64,000 nt of DNA from Oculina patagonica (Eukaryota), in contig NC_135761.1 in assembly GCF_052425735.1 (NCBI RefSeq), positions 51,026,001 to 51,090,000 of the forward strand, given 5' to 3'. The notes beneath the pieces are model-generated. The model searched no databases, was not told where the DNA came from, and was given only the letters and a program-made list of their open reading frames with translations. Every line of letters starts with the position of its first letter. Positions within the stretch are counted from its first letter, which is position 1. Both the position numbers and the translations under genes were made by a program. This document shows, piece by piece, positions 61,891 through 64,000 of this stretch.

Positions 61891-64000
61891 CAGTATGACA
61901 CAACGACTTTCCTCACCGAGTCTAATTTTATAACTCATTAAAACAGCCACCTGAAAAGTCCAATACTCCTTATGTTTTCTGTGCCAGAATTTTTTTAAGT
62001 ACATGCAAAAATTATGTAGTCCACATCGGTAGGTTATTATTTTAGTGCAATGGGCATTTTATCAACACTATTAACAAATGTATGAGAGGCGCCCTCGTTC
62101 AATAATTCTGTTAGCTTTCTGTAAAATGAAAAACAGGAAGACTCTATGGGGATCTGAATAAGATGCCGCCATTACAAATAGAGGGATAAAATACTCGTTA
62201 TGAAGTACATGCAAATATGTTGCACAACTTTGTTTATACGCGAGCACGAAATTAGAATTCGCCTTGAAGACTTATAACGGAAACCGGATTAAGCTTAACC
62301 TCTTTTCTTTACCTTATTTGACACAAACTCTTGTAAAACACGTCACTGAGCTAACTCGGATGATAGTTAATACAACCATCATATTAAGACCCATAGAGGG
62401 GTATCAAAATTGTATTGCTATAATTTGACAGGCAAGTACCGAGCCCGAAAAAAGACCGGGGAAGGGTCAGGGTGTGTGGGTTGAATTCACTTACAAAGAA
62501 GGAAATTAAAGCAATAAAACGATTGCCTTTTAAATACAAACACGTATAATACTGAGGTAATTTAAACTGTACACCTCCTTTAATTAAAACATAGCGGGAC
62601 GGAGGCTTAAAGCGGCAAGCAATTGATGCTTTTAAAGTTCACATAAAAATAAACCGTAAATAATTTCCGATAGACCGGTAACGACCAGTTTCCTTATTCT
62701 CGACGATGCCCTGTAGAATGGCGTGATTGATAGGCATTATTTTTTTCAGTGGTAGGCATTATTTTTTTTCAGTGGTAAGTTATTCGCTTATCTTTAAAAA
62801 ACAGAAGGAAAACATCAATGATGTACCTTATTTGGTGCAGGCATCTGTTGTTCTCACGCAATACAAACAGAAGCAGGAAGTGTCTTTTATTCAAATTAGA
62901 CAGGAATAGCTTTCACAAGGCAGGTGGTTTTCAGATAGATTTACACAAAATGTTAAAACGCACACACGACTCTACATTTTAGTTGTGGAAGAAGCTTGTC
63001 TGAGCTATGATCAAATAATTTGAAAATCCCCCTCGCAGCCTACGCAATCTTTCTATACCTAGAACATGTGCTTCATCTTACATTGTCAGTTTTGGTACTC
63101 TACGTTTAGGGACGAAAAGAGCATAAGAGATAGTCTGCTAGGTGTCCTTTTTTTTTTTTTGCTTTTTCGCCCGTTTGACTAACTAAAAAGTAACTGGTTG
63201 TGGTGTACATAAGAGTAGTCAAAATGTCCTTCCTTTTTTCGCTTAATTTTTGAAATAATTTGTTTTCAAAATATATTCAACTGCCAGAAGCACTCCCGTA
63301 TTTTTCTTTTACTCAGATTTTATTATAGAGTTTGAAAATGCAAAAAAAAAATTAAAAAAAAAACGTTTGTCCAATTTATTATTTAGTGAGCCCCATGTTG
63401 CATGTTGTATGCTAGAAGCGTGCTGGCGTATCCGTCCATTCCTTTTCATAAAACAAAAGCCCGCTGTGAAGCCAAAATAAATTAAAATGCTAATACAAGA
63501 AAATGGCTTTTTTCCTTAAAAAAATGAAAAAAATATATATTTGTTTTAAAGTAGCCGTCAACGTTTGAACATGAATAAGAAAAAGTCCACAAGTTTTAGT
63601 TGTGCGGCTTAAAACGGTTTGAGGAAAATGTTGTCAAAACGTTACTGTTTCTCGTTTGCAAAGAATTAAATGCTCGCATATCAGGTATATTAAGGGTTTC
63701 CCCGGGTTCTCAGGTTTTCTTCCCTCCACAAAAAAACCAACACTGCAAATTCCAATTCGATCTTGAATGCACGTACACGTCTTAACGAGCTCCTGAGCTC
63801 TTCTGTGTAACGTGGGTAGATAAATTACATTTTTTTTACAAACGCCTGAAATTTTTATCTTTTCAGTGAAGCATAAGAATTACTTCACCATAAGCTAAGG
63901 AAAAAAACGTTTTTATCAGCATTTAATTATGTTGTTAAATTGGTAGCTATCATAAATACGTTAATAAATGATAATTGCTACACTATAAATCCTTACCACT

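Overview
AT-rich, intron-containing animal DNA, most likely a cnidarian such as a stony coral (inferred from gene and repeat style; no search was run). The left third holds two tandem NRY-type class A GPCRs with single coding exons, a 4-exon secreted PAN/Apple + pentraxin gene, and a frameshifted LGR-like GPCR pseudogene. The rest (25.9-61.7 kb) is a six-member cluster of secreted proteins sharing a ~240-aa exon: a fibrinogen-like SC..SGxY..VYC..GGG start followed by a domain I cannot assign (NCDANPNSLFAF, ELHFGGCGCY, ATAIGIR*). Members alternate strictly between a short form (signal peptide + CxNC) and a long form (signal peptide + PAN/Apple): B1(+), A1, B2 (nonsense codon), A2, B3 (3' remnant), A3. 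A homologous signal+PAN exon, ending at the same phase-0 position, also heads the pentraxin gene. Intergenic DNA is rich in MITEs, SINEs and LINE tails. It includes a Helentron/HINE-like element inserted antisense into its own sibling, forming a 5.6-kb pseudo-palindrome, and a young 579-bp element bounded by ATAAA that occurs as a head-to-tail dimer. Exon models are hand-derived from GT/AG sites and frame continuity.
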